Shown here: positions 38,716-48,677 of the stretch, piece by piece
Numbering within the stretch: the first letter of the stretch is position 1
Layout: the number at the start of each line of letters is the position of its first letter
Source: Polyangiaceae bacterium
GTDB taxonomy: Bacteria > Myxococcota_A > Polyangia > Polyangiales > Polyangiaceae
Reading direction: 5' to 3'
DNA: 64,000 bases
Assembly (NCBI GenBank): GCA_033763455.1
Contig: JANRKO010000006.1
Location: 64,001 to 128,000, forward strand
Position numbers and translations under genes: made by a program
The notes under the pieces: model-generated
What the model saw: the letters and a program-made list of their open reading frames with translations, nothing else
Told to the model about the DNA's origin: nothing
Databases searched by the model: none

Positions 38716-39033
38716 GTAAGTAGCCTCTTTGGGGACATTCGTATCGGCAAGGCTCCGCAGTCTGCTCGTGGGCTTCTGCGCACCATGATGCGTGGCGTGG
38801 GTGAATCGAAGCCCCTACGGTGGAAAATAAGGGGGCCGCCCAAGAGCGGCGACAGAAAGAGCGCCAATAGTACCACCTGCTGGCGCTCCAGCTCTGCCGC
38901 CTCACGAGTTGAGCGGCCCCTTGCACAAAACTTTGTGGTGCCGACGTTAGTTACCGGCACACGTTAGCGCGTGCGTGTAGAAGAGCCGGGAGAATAAGAC
39001 CGCCGCTTGAGTGGCTTTCCTGCGCTCGCTGCC

Positions 39034-39061
39034 TTTCCACATAACATTCTTTAGCCTCCCG
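39034..39061 (-). other. dif-like 28-bp Xer recombination site candidate
   Basis: Minus strand CGGGAGGCTAA-AGAATG-TTATGTGGAAA has the 11-6-11 layout with the TAA-N6-TTATGT core of dif sites; the outer arms diverge from the E. coli consensus. Confidence 0.35.
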
Positions 39062-39207
39062 TACGGGTGTTGGCAATAGCAAAATTGCGCAGCCGTAGGT
39101 CAATTCAATGACAGCACTCTAGATTCTTGCTGCGCAGCTCGGCACGAGTGAGCACGATGTGGAGTCGATGAGCAATAGCTGGATTGAGTAGGAAAATAAG
39201 CGAATAG

Positions 39208-39367
39208 GATGTGGAGTCAATGAACGAGATGTGGAGTCAGTGAACAAGATGTGGAGTCAGTGAACAAGATGTGGAGTCAGTGAACGAGATGTGGAGTCAG
39301 TGAACGAGATGTGGAGTCAGTGAACAAGATGTGGAGTCAGTGAACAAGATGTGGAGTCAGTGAACAA
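39208..39367. repeat. Tandem array of 8 x 20-bp GATGTGGAGTCAGTGAAC(A/G)A, plus one degenerate copy at 39156-39175
   Basis: Units counted directly, starting at 39208, 39228 ... 39348; no spacers; non-coding region. Confidence 0.97.
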
Positions 39368-39771
39368 AGTGGCCAAATCACTCGGACGCTTCCGCGCGCT
39401 TTGCCGTCCGTGTAGTTGATGCGAGCCTTACGCGAGTCCCGGATTGTCTTGGGGAGGGAGCGCGTGGGCGCCAAGAATCTCTACGCTCTGTAGTTTAGGC
39501 GGGCGCGATGGCGCCGCCAAAGAGCCATGCCGTAGAGAGCAGTGAGCAAGAAGGCTCCGGCCCAGCTGCTTCTCCCCGAAGCTCCAGCACTCACCGCACA
39601 TGAATTGCGTGCCGGTCCCTCAGGAGAATCGAGTTTTTACAGGCTGACCGTGAACGATCGCTTGCGGGGAGGGGCTTCGTGGTTGGGGGCTGCTCGAAGA
39701 CAGAAAGCTGCTCGCCCTCCAAGCCATCGTGGCCGATCTTTGCGACGTCAATCTGCGGAGCTTCGCCGGAG

Positions 39772-39920
39772 CCTGGGAAATACCTGCTCTTGGTCGGGGA
39801 CAGTACCTTCGATCCCCACAATCACTTAGGAAAAAACGTTGTCGATTTCTTGCCGGTGCCAACCATCAACACACCTGCCTTTGAAACCGCATACGACGAT
39901 TTCTAACGGAAAACCTGAAT
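39772..39920 (+). pseudogene. Inverted fragment of a C25 protease domain
   Basis: PGKYLLLVGDSTFDPHNHLGKNVVDFLPVPTINTPAFETAYDDF* is nearly identical to PAKYLLLVGDGSFDPHNYLGKNVADFVPVPTLNTPAFETAYDDY in the 1768-5871 protein. Confidence 0.85.
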
Positions 39921-40875
39921 TCGTTCGCGTAGATCCCTGGCTCCCCCAAACCCCAAAACTCCAAGGTATCATCGGCGTCGAAGGTGCCGTCCCCACCATC
40001 TGTAATCACACGTGAAATGTCGGCCCCATTTTTCCAGAGGGCGATTTGATTCGAGGGAATTACGAGCGGGAAACCTTGTGCGTAAAGGTCCGCTCCAGTT
40101 ACGCGCTGCCAGCCAGCCTTCAACACGCCGAGCTTAATGAGTGGAGGGCCTGAGACAGGAGCTACCTCCATAGAGCGCGCTACTGGTGCGAAATCTGCCC
40201 CGGCGTCCAGCGCGGATACCGGATCTGTCGCCAATGACATCGGTTGGCTCGCAAGCACAGGCTCTGGTTGCTGCCTGGCCCTCCAAACGCTCATCAACGA
40301 CTCATCCGCACTGCCTGAGGGCGCGCTAGGCGCAAACGGTCCGTGACGCGTGGTCACGCCTTGGGCATCCACATCATCCACGAAGTAACGCACCGGCCCA
40401 GCTCCCCAACCCGTAGGATCTAGCCAAAAATACGGTGAATTGCCGTTGCCGCCCACCATCGCGCGCAACAGCGAACCTTCGACCAAGTCCTTCGTGAGCT
40501 GCGAGAATACGCCCCCCTGCTCGCGTACCACCTGAAACCCGAGGGTGTCGCGCTCAAGGCCCGTTTCCCAGCCGAGCAATACTTGGCCATTGGGAAGCTT
40601 GAGCGCGCGCCCACCGAGGAAATCCACAGCAAAGGCGGGAGCGGCCTCTTCTGTGCCGATCGCTGTGTAAAACGTGGTTGGGGAATTCTGATTGTTGTAA
40701 GCCGTCCTGGCCCAATCGGCGTTGCGAGCCACGTTCGAGATCATGACTTCGTCGGTCCACCCCATCAAGTTTCTTGTCCCTGTGGACGTCAGTCCGCCCA
40801 ATGTCACTGGAGTAGTGGACGAATTGAGCGTCCCAGGCGTTCCCACCGCGTAGTTACACGCGGCACCTACGCCCG
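39920..40875 (-). pseudogene. Internal remnant of a third DUF2341-LamG-C25 paralog
   Basis: ORF 39866-40933 aligns with the 1768-5871 protein from C.YA..GTLN..TTPVTLG to EFWGLGEPGIYANE, then homology stops. No signal peptide or DUF2341 part. Confidence 0.85.
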
Positions 40876-41228
40876 GATAGGAAATCGGAAGTGCTGGCTT
40901 GATCGTCGTAGACGCAGCCCAAGAGCAGCCCACTCAGCCCCCGCCAAAGGTTCTTCATTCGCATGCTCATTCTGGTCACCGATCGCAGGCGGGGGGGAAC
41001 CCTCCCTCGGACGAGAGCCCGCTCTAGCTTGCGAACGGCGAAGCTCGCGATTGCTTGAGTTGTAACGGGGCCGTCCGCCTCTCCTGTGTGCGTTTCTTCC
41101 GTAAAGATGCCTACATGCACGCAGGGCAAGCTTTCAAAAACCTGGATGACCAGTGGCACCCGGTCTTGGCTAGCGTTCATCGTCGTAGCGTCAGAGGCCT
41201 TGGCGGCCTAAACCTCCGCCCGAGCCGG

Positions 41229-43127
41229 ATGTCAGGACAAGAACCCACTTCGCAGCAGCGCTATCAGCAGTTCATCAAGCAGAGGAGCACGCTTGAGCGT
41301 GCGATGTTCGCGCGCACCGAGGCTTCCCGGTCCGAACGCAAGCACCTTCGGCGCCAATACCTGGAGTGGCTGTTGCCGCATAAGTGGCAAGTAGGCGTCG
41401 TCTTTTTGCTCTCTTTGGTGGGCATCGCTGTGGACATGGTGTGGCCGCTCTTGTCCGGCTACCTCATCGACAAGGTAATTCTCAACAGTGCCCTGACAAC
41501 GACCAAGAAGGTTGAAACCATCGCCTTAGCTTCGGCCGGTATGCTCGCTCTATTTTTGCTCAATTCTGGGATGAATTGGGTGCGAAGCTTGCGCATGCAG
41601 CTCCTTAACTCGAATTTGGCGTTCAGCTTGCGTGCGTTGCTTTATCGCCGAGTGCTGCGATTGCCATTGCAGGAAATCAACGCCATGAAAACGGGCGGAA
41701 TCGTTTCGCGACTTTCGAACGATGTGGACAACACCACGGGGCTCCTCCAACAAGCGGTGATTAGCCCAACGCTTTCGACGCTGCGCCTGGTGGCGACGCT
41801 GTCGATCATTGTGATGCTCAATTGGAAGATCGCTCTGGCCGTGATGGTGGCTATTCCACCGATCCTTTTGGTCCAGAATCTGTGGGCGAAGCGCGTTCGT
41901 CTGGTGTGGAAATCTTCGCGGCAAGATCGCCAGGAGATCGACGCGAGGGTGTCAGAAGCCCTGAACGGGATCCGGATTGTAAGGGGCTTTCAGCGGGAAA
42001 CGAGGGAAGAGCGCGAGTACACAGTTGGGCACCACACGGTGATTCGCAAGCAGATGCTCATCACGCGCATGCAACGCAGCGTGGCAATGATTTGGGAACT
42101 GATCTTGCCAATTACGCAGCTTACCGTTATCGCCTACGGCGGCTACTTGGTGGTGATGGGGGAAACCACCGTCGGCACATTGGTGGCTTTTCAGGGCTAT
42201 GTGTGGCGCCTGCTTGAACCCATCATTCAGCTTTCCAATTCCATCAGCGAAACTCAAAGGAGCTTTGCGTCGATGGAGCGAGTGTTCGAGGTGCTCGATA
42301 AGCCAGCAGAAATGCCCGACGCACCGCATGCGGTTGAGCCAAAGAGCCCCATCGAATCCATCGAGTTCGACCACGTCCACTTCGCTTACCGCCCGGATTT
42401 GGTGGTAATTCAAGATTTTCATCTTACCGTACCTGCCGGCTCCGTCGTAGCTCTGGTTGGCCCGAGTGGTGCGGGCAAGACCACCGTTACCGATTTGGTG
42501 GCTCGCTTTTACGATCCAACCAGCGGCGCGATTCGGATCAACGGCATAGATCTTCGGGAGCTTCGGCTGCGCTCCTACCGCAGCCTATTGGGCATCGTTG
42601 CTCAAGAGGTCTTCTTGTTCGATGGAAGCGTGCGTGAGAACATTGCCTACGGGCGAAAGAGTGCGGCACATTCGGAGATTGTGGGTGCAGCTATGCGGGC
42701 GAACGCTCATGAGTTTATCGAGCAACTTCCGGAGGGTTACAACACTCTGATTGGTGAGCGAGGGGTCAAGCTTTCAGGTGGGCAGAGGCAGCGGCTGAGT
42801 ATTGCGCGAGCGCTCTTGGCGGATCCGAAGATCCTGATTTTGGACGAAGCCACGAGCAACCTGGATACCGAGAGCGAGCAGTTGATTCAGGCGTCGATCG
42901 CCGAATTGCTAAAGAATAGAACAACGTTTGTGATCGCTCATCGCCTCAGCACCATTACGGACGCCAACGTGATCGTGGTGATGGATGGAGGGCGCATTGA
43001 GGAGCTTGGCACACATGATGAGCTGATGAAAAAGCGCGGGATGTATTTTCAGATGGTGGAGCGCCAGCGGCAGAGGGAGCTTTCGGGCGAACATGGGGCT
43101 CTGGAGTGGGCGCCTGCTCCCGGCTGA
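41229..43127 (+). CDS. ABC exporter, fused permease/ATP-binding subunit
   Basis: N-terminal transmembrane domain; GPSGAGKT, LSGGQRQR, ILILDEATS, IAHRLST. Start set at MSGQEP (41229). Confidence 0.95.
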   Translation: MSGQEPTSQQRYQQFIKQRSTLERAMFARTEASRSERKHLRRQYLEWLLPHKWQVGVVFLLSLVGIAVDMVWPLLSGYLIDKVILNSALTTTKKVETIALASAGMLALFLLNSGMNWVRSLRMQLLNSNLAFSLRALLYRRVLRLPLQEINAMKTGGIVSRLSNDVDNTTGLLQQAVISPTLSTLRLVATLSIIVMLNWKIALAVMVAIPPILLVQNLWAKRVRLVWKSSRQDRQEIDARVSEALNGIRIVRGFQRETREEREYTVGHHTVIRKQMLITRMQRSVAMIWELILPITQLTVIAYGGYLVVMGETTVGTLVAFQGYVWRLLEPIIQLSNSISETQRSFASMERVFEVLDKPAEMPDAPHAVEPKSPIESIEFDHVHFAYRPDLVVIQDFHLTVPAGSVVALVGPSGAGKTTVTDLVARFYDPTSGAIRINGIDLRELRLRSYRSLLGIVAQEVFLFDGSVRENIAYGRKSAAHSEIVGAAMRANAHEFIEQLPEGYNTLIGERGVKLSGGQRQRLSIARALLADPKILILDEATSNLDTESEQLIQASIAELLKNRTTFVIAHRLSTITDANVIVVMDGGRIEELGTHDELMKKRGMYFQMVERQRQRELSGEHGALEWAPAPG

Positions 43128-43285
43128 GCGTCGCGCCGCGAAAGGTGTGAACCGGGAAGCGATATGGAAAAGGCGTGTTGAGCGGATCTGCTACTGCCGT
43201 TTGAAGAAGCTCACGATGATGAAATCACCCAGAGCCAATGGGGCCATGGTATTGCCGTCGACAGGATTTGCCGCACCCGTGCAGC

Positions 43286-44632
43286 CTACAAGGCGCTCGG
43301 GCAACCCGCGGGAAGGGCGTAACCGGCGACGAATTGGTGGATAAAGATATTGCTCGTGCCCGGGGCATCCGTCCATGAGAGGCCGTCGTTGCTGGTCGCG
43401 AACGCCGCGTTGTTACCCTGGCGCGCCGTGACCCAAGCACCCGAAAGGGTCCGTACGTTCGTCTCGATGTGTGCCCCACCGGGACTTATCGTGACGCTCG
43501 TCCACGTAACGCCATCTTGGCTCCGAAATCCATCGTTCCAGTGGTAAGCAATGAATTCGCTACCGGTCCAAAGGATAGTCCGCAGGTTGTCGGTCGGCGT
43601 CGAGGCCCCCACGGTTTTCAGAGGCAGAGGGCCCGTCCAGTGAACACCACCGTCGTCGGAACGGCAAACGTGGCCGTCGTTGGTGGTCATGACGAACACT
43701 CCGTTGCCATAAGCCAAGCCGCTTGGGCTACAGGCTTGGGGGTAGGCGAGAGGACGGGAAAAGTTGATGCCGTCTGTGCTCACCACCATGTCGCGCGCGC
43801 CTCCCGTATCGTAATGGAGCAGAAAACGCCCCCCTCCGTAGGGGGCGAAAAATGCGGCCCGTGCGTTATTCGCGCCAGGAAATGTGTCAAAAGGGGCGCC
43901 CTTTTTCCAGGTTGCACCGTCGTCGTCGCTGTAGAGCGCGGGCCTGCTGTTGGCAACGATGCGCCCGTTGCCGACGGCCATTCCGCCGGTGCTTTGGTCA
44001 TAAACTCGTTCCCAGTGGAGGCCGTCGCGGGTGCGTCGGATCTGGGTATCATTCCCTTCGTTGCCGAACGGCGCGACAAACCAGCCGTTCGAATACGCAA
44101 GACCGAGAGCCCGACCGGGATCGTGTGAACAGTCGCCATCGTTTGCGCAGTTCCCTCCCGGCACCGCGCGACCTTCGCGCCAGGTTCGGCCGTCGTCACA
44201 CGAGACCATTGTCAGAAACCCGGAGCCGACGCCGAGTACCATCGGCACCCCCCCGGGAATGCTCGGCTCGTTTGAGCCTCCATTACCACCGGTACCGCTG
44301 CTTGAAGCTGTCCCTCCCGCACCGACTTGTGCGGAGCCGCCTCCCGCTCCTCCAACCTGCTGTGAGCCGCCCGTCGGGGACGAAGCACCTCCTGCGCCGC
44401 TTTGCGTGGAGCCGCCTATCGGGGGTGAGCCACCGGCTGCTAGCGGGGCCGGGCCAGCCATTGTCGACCCGGTTCCGCCCGCTTGCGGGGAGCCTCCCCC
44501 CGAATTGGGGCTGCCTCCTGTGGCGCTCGCGGGGGTGGAAGCGATCCCCCCACGGGTCCTCTCGCCGGACTGGCCGCAGGCACCAGCCACTAAGGTCGCA
44601 GCAATTGCCAGAGCATGTGCACTTCGTCGCAT
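43286..44632 (-). CDS. Lipoprotein with BNR/Asp-box beta-propeller repeats
   Basis: Lipobox AGAC, Gly linker, repeats SCDDGRTW, TRDGLHW, SDDDGATW, STDGINF, SDDGGVHW, SQDGVTW, SNDGLSW. Confidence 0.85.
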   Translation of the reverse strand: MRRSAHALAIAATLVAGACGQSGERTRGGIASTPASATGGSPNSGGGSPQAGGTGSTMAGPAPLAAGGSPPIGGSTQSGAGGASSPTGGSQQVGGAGGGSAQVGAGGTASSSGTGGNGGSNEPSIPGGVPMVLGVGSGFLTMVSCDDGRTWREGRAVPGGNCANDGDCSHDPGRALGLAYSNGWFVAPFGNEGNDTQIRRTRDGLHWERVYDQSTGGMAVGNGRIVANSRPALYSDDDGATWKKGAPFDTFPGANNARAAFFAPYGGGRFLLHYDTGGARDMVVSTDGINFSRPLAYPQACSPSGLAYGNGVFVMTTNDGHVCRSDDGGVHWTGPLPLKTVGASTPTDNLRTILWTGSEFIAYHWNDGFRSQDGVTWTSVTISPGGAHIETNVRTLSGAWVTARQGNNAAFATSNDGLSWTDAPGTSNIFIHQFVAGYALPAGCPSAL

Positions 44633-44912
44633 CGCCCCCAGTAACTCGGGGTGCGACTAGTGGGTCACCAACGGGGAGCCCAGTGAGCGCGATGAGCCAA
44701 GCGTGACTAACCGGGAAGGCGTGTCAGAGGCACGTTTGCGTGACCTTCGAGGTACTGCGCACGCAAGAGCCAACGCAGCCGAGGATACGTCCGATCGTAG
44801 CAGCTTGGGCCACCGCCGGTCCGATCACTAGCTGGCAACGTGGATGGAATAAAGCGCTTACGCCGAAGCGCCCCGGCTCCTGAGAGCCGAGGCGCCCATC
44901 GAGTACACCCGC

Positions 44913-46841
44913 TCAGCTTCCGATCTGGCCGCCGTCCTCTTTCGTAATCACGATGGTCGACGAGCGTGGACGCCCGCCCAAATCGCCATCGGGCCATGAA
45001 CTGTAACGCTTTGGGTTCAGTGGGTCATTCACCCCAGTGGGTGCCTCGCCAGGGTGTTGAATGCCCACAAACATGGTCTTTTCATCCGGGGTGACGAACA
45101 CTCCGGTGACTTCGCACACGTTCGGGCCCTGGAGGAAGCGGCGTGTTTCTCCGGTCCAAGGATCCGCACACAACATCTGGTTGTTGCCGAAGCCCGCGTA
45201 GGCACCTGCGTTGATGGTGCTGCCCGAAACGTCAGTTTGGATCCAGAGGCGGCCGCTCGGGGCCACGTAGATGCCGTCGGGTGAACCGTATTTGTCTCCC
45301 ACGATGGTGGAGCCGGTAGCTGGATTGGCAGGGTCGCCGGCGAGCGCGAAGATGTCCCAACCGAAGGTATTTTCCGTCCAATCGTTGCGGTAGTACCAGC
45401 GAATGATGTGGCCGTAGGGGTTCGGACCACGTGGGTTTGGCGCATCCACCGGGGCTGTGGTCCCACGTCGACTATTGTTCGTGAGTGTTGCGATGGCCGT
45501 GAGTTGATCCGGGAACGTGTCGATCCACTCGGGTCGATCCATCTTGGTTGCACCCACACGGTCTGCGGCGCCGCGCGTATTGATGAGAATGTCGCTCATA
45601 GACCAACCGGCAAGTGCGGGATTGCTCGGTGTGAGCGGAAGCCATGCTCCAGAGCCGTCGGCGTTGAACTTGCCCACGTAGAGCGTGCCTTCGTCCAGTG
45701 GGCTCTTGCCTTGCTTGATGGCCTTGCGCCACGGCAAGGCAGACACGAAGCGGTAGATGTACTCGAACTGCTCGTCATCGCCCGAGTAGACGACAACACG
45801 GCCGTCCCGAGCTTCTTGCACCCAGGCACCTTCGTGCTTAAAGCGGCCGAGGGCCGTACGCTTGACGGGGGTGGACTCGGGATCGAACGGATCAATCTCG
45901 ACAACCCAGCCAAAGCGGTTCGGCTCGTTCGGTTCAGCATCGACACTGAAACGCTTGTCTGTCGTGTGCCAGAGGTAGCCGAACCCAGATGCCGTTATCC
46001 CATAGCGGCGCTCGAGTTCGGTCTGTGTGCCCGTCTTACGGAAATAACCATTAAAGTTCTCTTCGCAGGTGAGGTAGGTACCCCAAGGCGTGTAACCCAT
46101 TGCGCAATTGTTGAGGGTTCCAAGCACGAGCTTGCCAGTCGGATCTGCGCTCGTCATGAGGCGCGGATCGCCCGCCGCAGGGCCGCCCATGGCGATGGGC
46201 GTCATGCCCGTGATGCGCCGGTTATACTCAGACCTTTGCACCACTCGCCACTGGTTGCGAACTCGACGCGCGCGACGTTCGTCGCGAGCGTCATCGTCCT
46301 TGTCCTCGTCGCGCTTGTGGCCGCGCTTGACCACCTCAACAATGCTCACCCCGTGCGCATTTAGAGACTTGTTGGTCTTCTCTTGGTTCCAGTTCGCTAT
46401 GCCATCAGTGAAGAGCAACACATCGTCAGTGTATTCGTGGTTTTGCACGAGGAGCCCGCGATCGGAATCCTCAATCGGGAAGTAAACCAGGCCATCGTTG
46501 TGCATGCCCCACTGCTTGGCCTGATCTTCTGCCGTATTGCTGGCGTCCTGCGCAAAAGCAGGGGCTCGGCGAAGGATCGGATCGCCCCAGGAAATGAGCA
46601 CCTCTGCCTTGTACCCCTGGGGAACGACTATCGAGTCGGCGCTCGAAACCGGAATTGCCTGAAAGCCAAGTAGCGCTTTGGGCTTCTTGGCGGCCGCAGG
46701 GACGCTCGCAAGGAGGGCGCTAACGCCTGCCAGCGCAGAGGCTCCGAGCAAACCGCGGCGCGACAAGCGCGCTTTGGCTACCTCTTCAAGAGTTTCGTTG
46801 CTTGAGATGTTAGAAATGTTGTCATCGTCGATAATAGACAT
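44913..46841 (-). CDS. phoX: PhoX-family alkaline phosphatase (Tat-exported)
   Basis: SRRGLL Tat motif, GMHNDG, NHEY, GTLNNCA.G.TPWGTYLTCEEN, ALGRFKHE, MDRPEW, FVGIQHPGE. Confidence 0.95.
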   Translation of the reverse strand: MSIIDDDNISNISSNETLEEVAKARLSRRGLLGASALAGVSALLASVPAAAKKPKALLGFQAIPVSSADSIVVPQGYKAEVLISWGDPILRRAPAFAQDASNTAEDQAKQWGMHNDGLVYFPIEDSDRGLLVQNHEYTDDVLLFTDGIANWNQEKTNKSLNAHGVSIVEVVKRGHKRDEDKDDDARDERRARRVRNQWRVVQRSEYNRRITGMTPIAMGGPAAGDPRLMTSADPTGKLVLGTLNNCAMGYTPWGTYLTCEENFNGYFRKTGTQTELERRYGITASGFGYLWHTTDKRFSVDAEPNEPNRFGWVVEIDPFDPESTPVKRTALGRFKHEGAWVQEARDGRVVVYSGDDEQFEYIYRFVSALPWRKAIKQGKSPLDEGTLYVGKFNADGSGAWLPLTPSNPALAGWSMSDILINTRGAADRVGATKMDRPEWIDTFPDQLTAIATLTNNSRRGTTAPVDAPNPRGPNPYGHIIRWYYRNDWTENTFGWDIFALAGDPANPATGSTIVGDKYGSPDGIYVAPSGRLWIQTDVSGSTINAGAYAGFGNNQMLCADPWTGETRRFLQGPNVCEVTGVFVTPDEKTMFVGIQHPGEAPTGVNDPLNPKRYSSWPDGDLGGRPRSSTIVITKEDGGQIGS

Positions 46842-47040
46842 TGGGGGATTCCTTTGGGTTGTAAGGACGGACCAATCCCGTCGAGCAGCTCCGTGCTAGC
46901 CCATGAGGGCGGTGTCGCTGGGTGACGTTCTGGGGAAGAATCGGCAGCGGTTCCTCGAACCCTTGGTGAAAGTTTCAACCTTTCATCACCGCGCCGGACA
47001 GGTCCGACCCACTGCAGTTCCAAGGCCCCGCGTCGTGCGC

Positions 47041-47943
47041 CTAGAGCTCCAAGAACTTCCAGTCGCAGCTGGATGTAACTAATTCGACAAACGCACGAAC
47101 CTTGGCCGAAAGCATGCGCGTGCTCGAATACACAATATGGATCGGCAAGGGGGGAAGCTCATATTCCGGTAGAATAACGCGCAGCCGTCCGGCCTTCACC
47201 GCCTCGACGACTTGATAGCTGAGGGCCAATGTGAGCCCTCCGGCGCGTTCGGCGTGCCCGATGGCGGCATCCGCGCTGTTGGTGGTGTAGTGGGGCTTGA
47301 TAGCGATGCGATGATCTGCGCCCAAAGCGCTCTGGAAACGCCACTCTGGCAAAGGATTGAGCGCGGTGAACTGGATGGTATGGTGGTGCACGATGTCATC
47401 AGGTGTGCGGAGCTTTTTGCTTCGTGCCAGGTATTTCGGTGCTGCAACCAACACGCGCCGAGTAGCGCCCACCATGCGAGCCACCTGCCTTGAATCTTCA
47501 AGGTGACCAATGCGCACGGCTGCGTCGATCCCTTCCTCGACCAAATTCGAGACGCGATCAGATAAGGTAAGCTCCCCTGTGACGGCCGGGTAGCGAGCCA
47601 GATATGTGCACATGAGGGGCGCGACGTGGAGGCGACCAAACACGTTGGGCGCGGCAACCACGAATTGCCCGGCGGGCGTGGTACGCTCGGCTTGCGCGGC
47701 AGCCTCCGCCTCTGCCACGTCCGCCAAGATACGCCGTGCGCGTTCTAGATAACGAGAACCAGCATCCGTAAGCGTGACCGAACGGGTAGTTCTTTGCAGC
47801 AGGCGTGCGCCTAAGTGCTCCTCTAAGGCGGCGACTAGGCGAGTGGCTGCCGAAGCTGACACTTTGAGACGCCGCGCAGCGGGCGCAAACCCACGGAGCT
47901 CGGCCACAGCTACGAAAACTCCCATGGCTTCCAGGCGATCCAT
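47041..47943 (-). CDS. LysR-family transcriptional regulator
   Basis: MDRLEAMGVFVAVAE..GF..AARRL...LE..LGARLLQRTTRSVTLT.AG. Confidence 0.96.
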   Translation of the reverse strand: MDRLEAMGVFVAVAELRGFAPAARRLKVSASAATRLVAALEEHLGARLLQRTTRSVTLTDAGSRYLERARRILADVAEAEAAAQAERTTPAGQFVVAAPNVFGRLHVAPLMCTYLARYPAVTGELTLSDRVSNLVEEGIDAAVRIGHLEDSRQVARMVGATRRVLVAAPKYLARSKKLRTPDDIVHHHTIQFTALNPLPEWRFQSALGADHRIAIKPHYTTNSADAAIGHAERAGGLTLALSYQVVEAVKAGRLRVILPEYELPPLPIHIVYSSTRMLSAKVRAFVELVTSSCDWKFLEL

Positions 47944-47949
47944 CCTATT

Positions 47950-47966
47950 ATTGCATCATGAGCAAT
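47950..47966. promoter_or_regulatory. LysR-type T-N11-A operator
   Basis: ATTGC-atcatga-GCAAT palindrome in the divergent intergenic region. Confidence 0.6.
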
Positions 47967-48073
47967 AGTGAAGTGTCAATCGGCATAATTGTTATCTTTC
48001 GGGCAATGACGCACCTTCTCAGCACACCGGAGCGAACCTTTCGTTCCCATCATCCCCAGAAAGAACCCTAATA

Positions 48074-48667
48074 ATGTCTCGTATTCCGACCCCTGATTCG
48101 ATCGAAACCTCCCCCGCGCAGGCTCAACCGCTGCTCCAGGCAGTTCGCCAGCAGCTCGGCAGCGTGCCCAATCTCTTTCGCATCGTTGGCAATAGCCCGG
48201 CCGCTCTCGAAGGGTACCTTGGGCTGAGCGGCGCGCTCGGGCACGGAAAGCTGGACGTGCGAACGCGAGCTCGCATCGCCCTTCTGGTCGCAGAGTTGAA
48301 CCGTTGCGGCTACTGCCTCTCGGCGCACACCTATCTCGGAAAGAATGTGACTCGGCTGGACGACGCCGAAATGGAGCAGAACCGTGCCGGGTTATCCGCG
48401 GAGCCGAAATCGGAAGCAGCTCTGCGTTTTGCGAGCGCCCTGGTGCGCGAGCGTGGCCATGTGTCCGAAAGCGACGTCGAGGCCGTAAGAGCGGCAGGCC
48501 ATAGCGATGCCGAAGTAGTGGAGATTGTAGTCCACGTGGCCCTCAATACGCTCACCAACTACGTGAACAGCGCGCTTGGAACCGATGTTGATTTTCCAAG
48601 CGTTGCGCCTCGCCCCCAAGCGGCCACCGCGCGCGTTTCGGCCAACACTGCTACTTTGAGTTTGTAA
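48074..48667 (+). CDS. Carboxymuconolactone decarboxylase / AhpD-like peroxidase-related protein
   Basis: LGSVPNLF, N.CGYCLSAH, ALNTLTNY.N....T.VDFP. Confidence 0.92.
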   Translation: MSRIPTPDSIETSPAQAQPLLQAVRQQLGSVPNLFRIVGNSPAALEGYLGLSGALGHGKLDVRTRARIALLVAELNRCGYCLSAHTYLGKNVTRLDDAEMEQNRAGLSAEPKSEAALRFASALVRERGHVSESDVEAVRAAGHSDAEVVEIVVHVALNTLTNYVNSALGTDVDFPSVAPRPQAATARVSANTATLSL

Positions 48668-48677
48668 GGCGGTTTCA

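Noticed and set aside
39039..39075. Integron attC site (ACATAAC...GTTGGCA)
   Set aside because: Only ~37 bp, too short for attC; the ends are not complementary; no cassette ORF or integron integrase nearby.
39208..39367. CRISPR array
   Set aside because: Repeats are contiguous with no unique spacers, only 20 bp long, and no cas genes are in the window.
41229..43127. ABC transporter as exporter of the rSAM-modified product
   Set aside because: It lies 33 kb away, has no peptidase domain, and the precursor carries its own export-like signal.
46960..46995. Pho box upstream of phoX
   Set aside because: Only a weak TTTCA repeat; I cannot support an 11-bp-periodic PhoB consensus.
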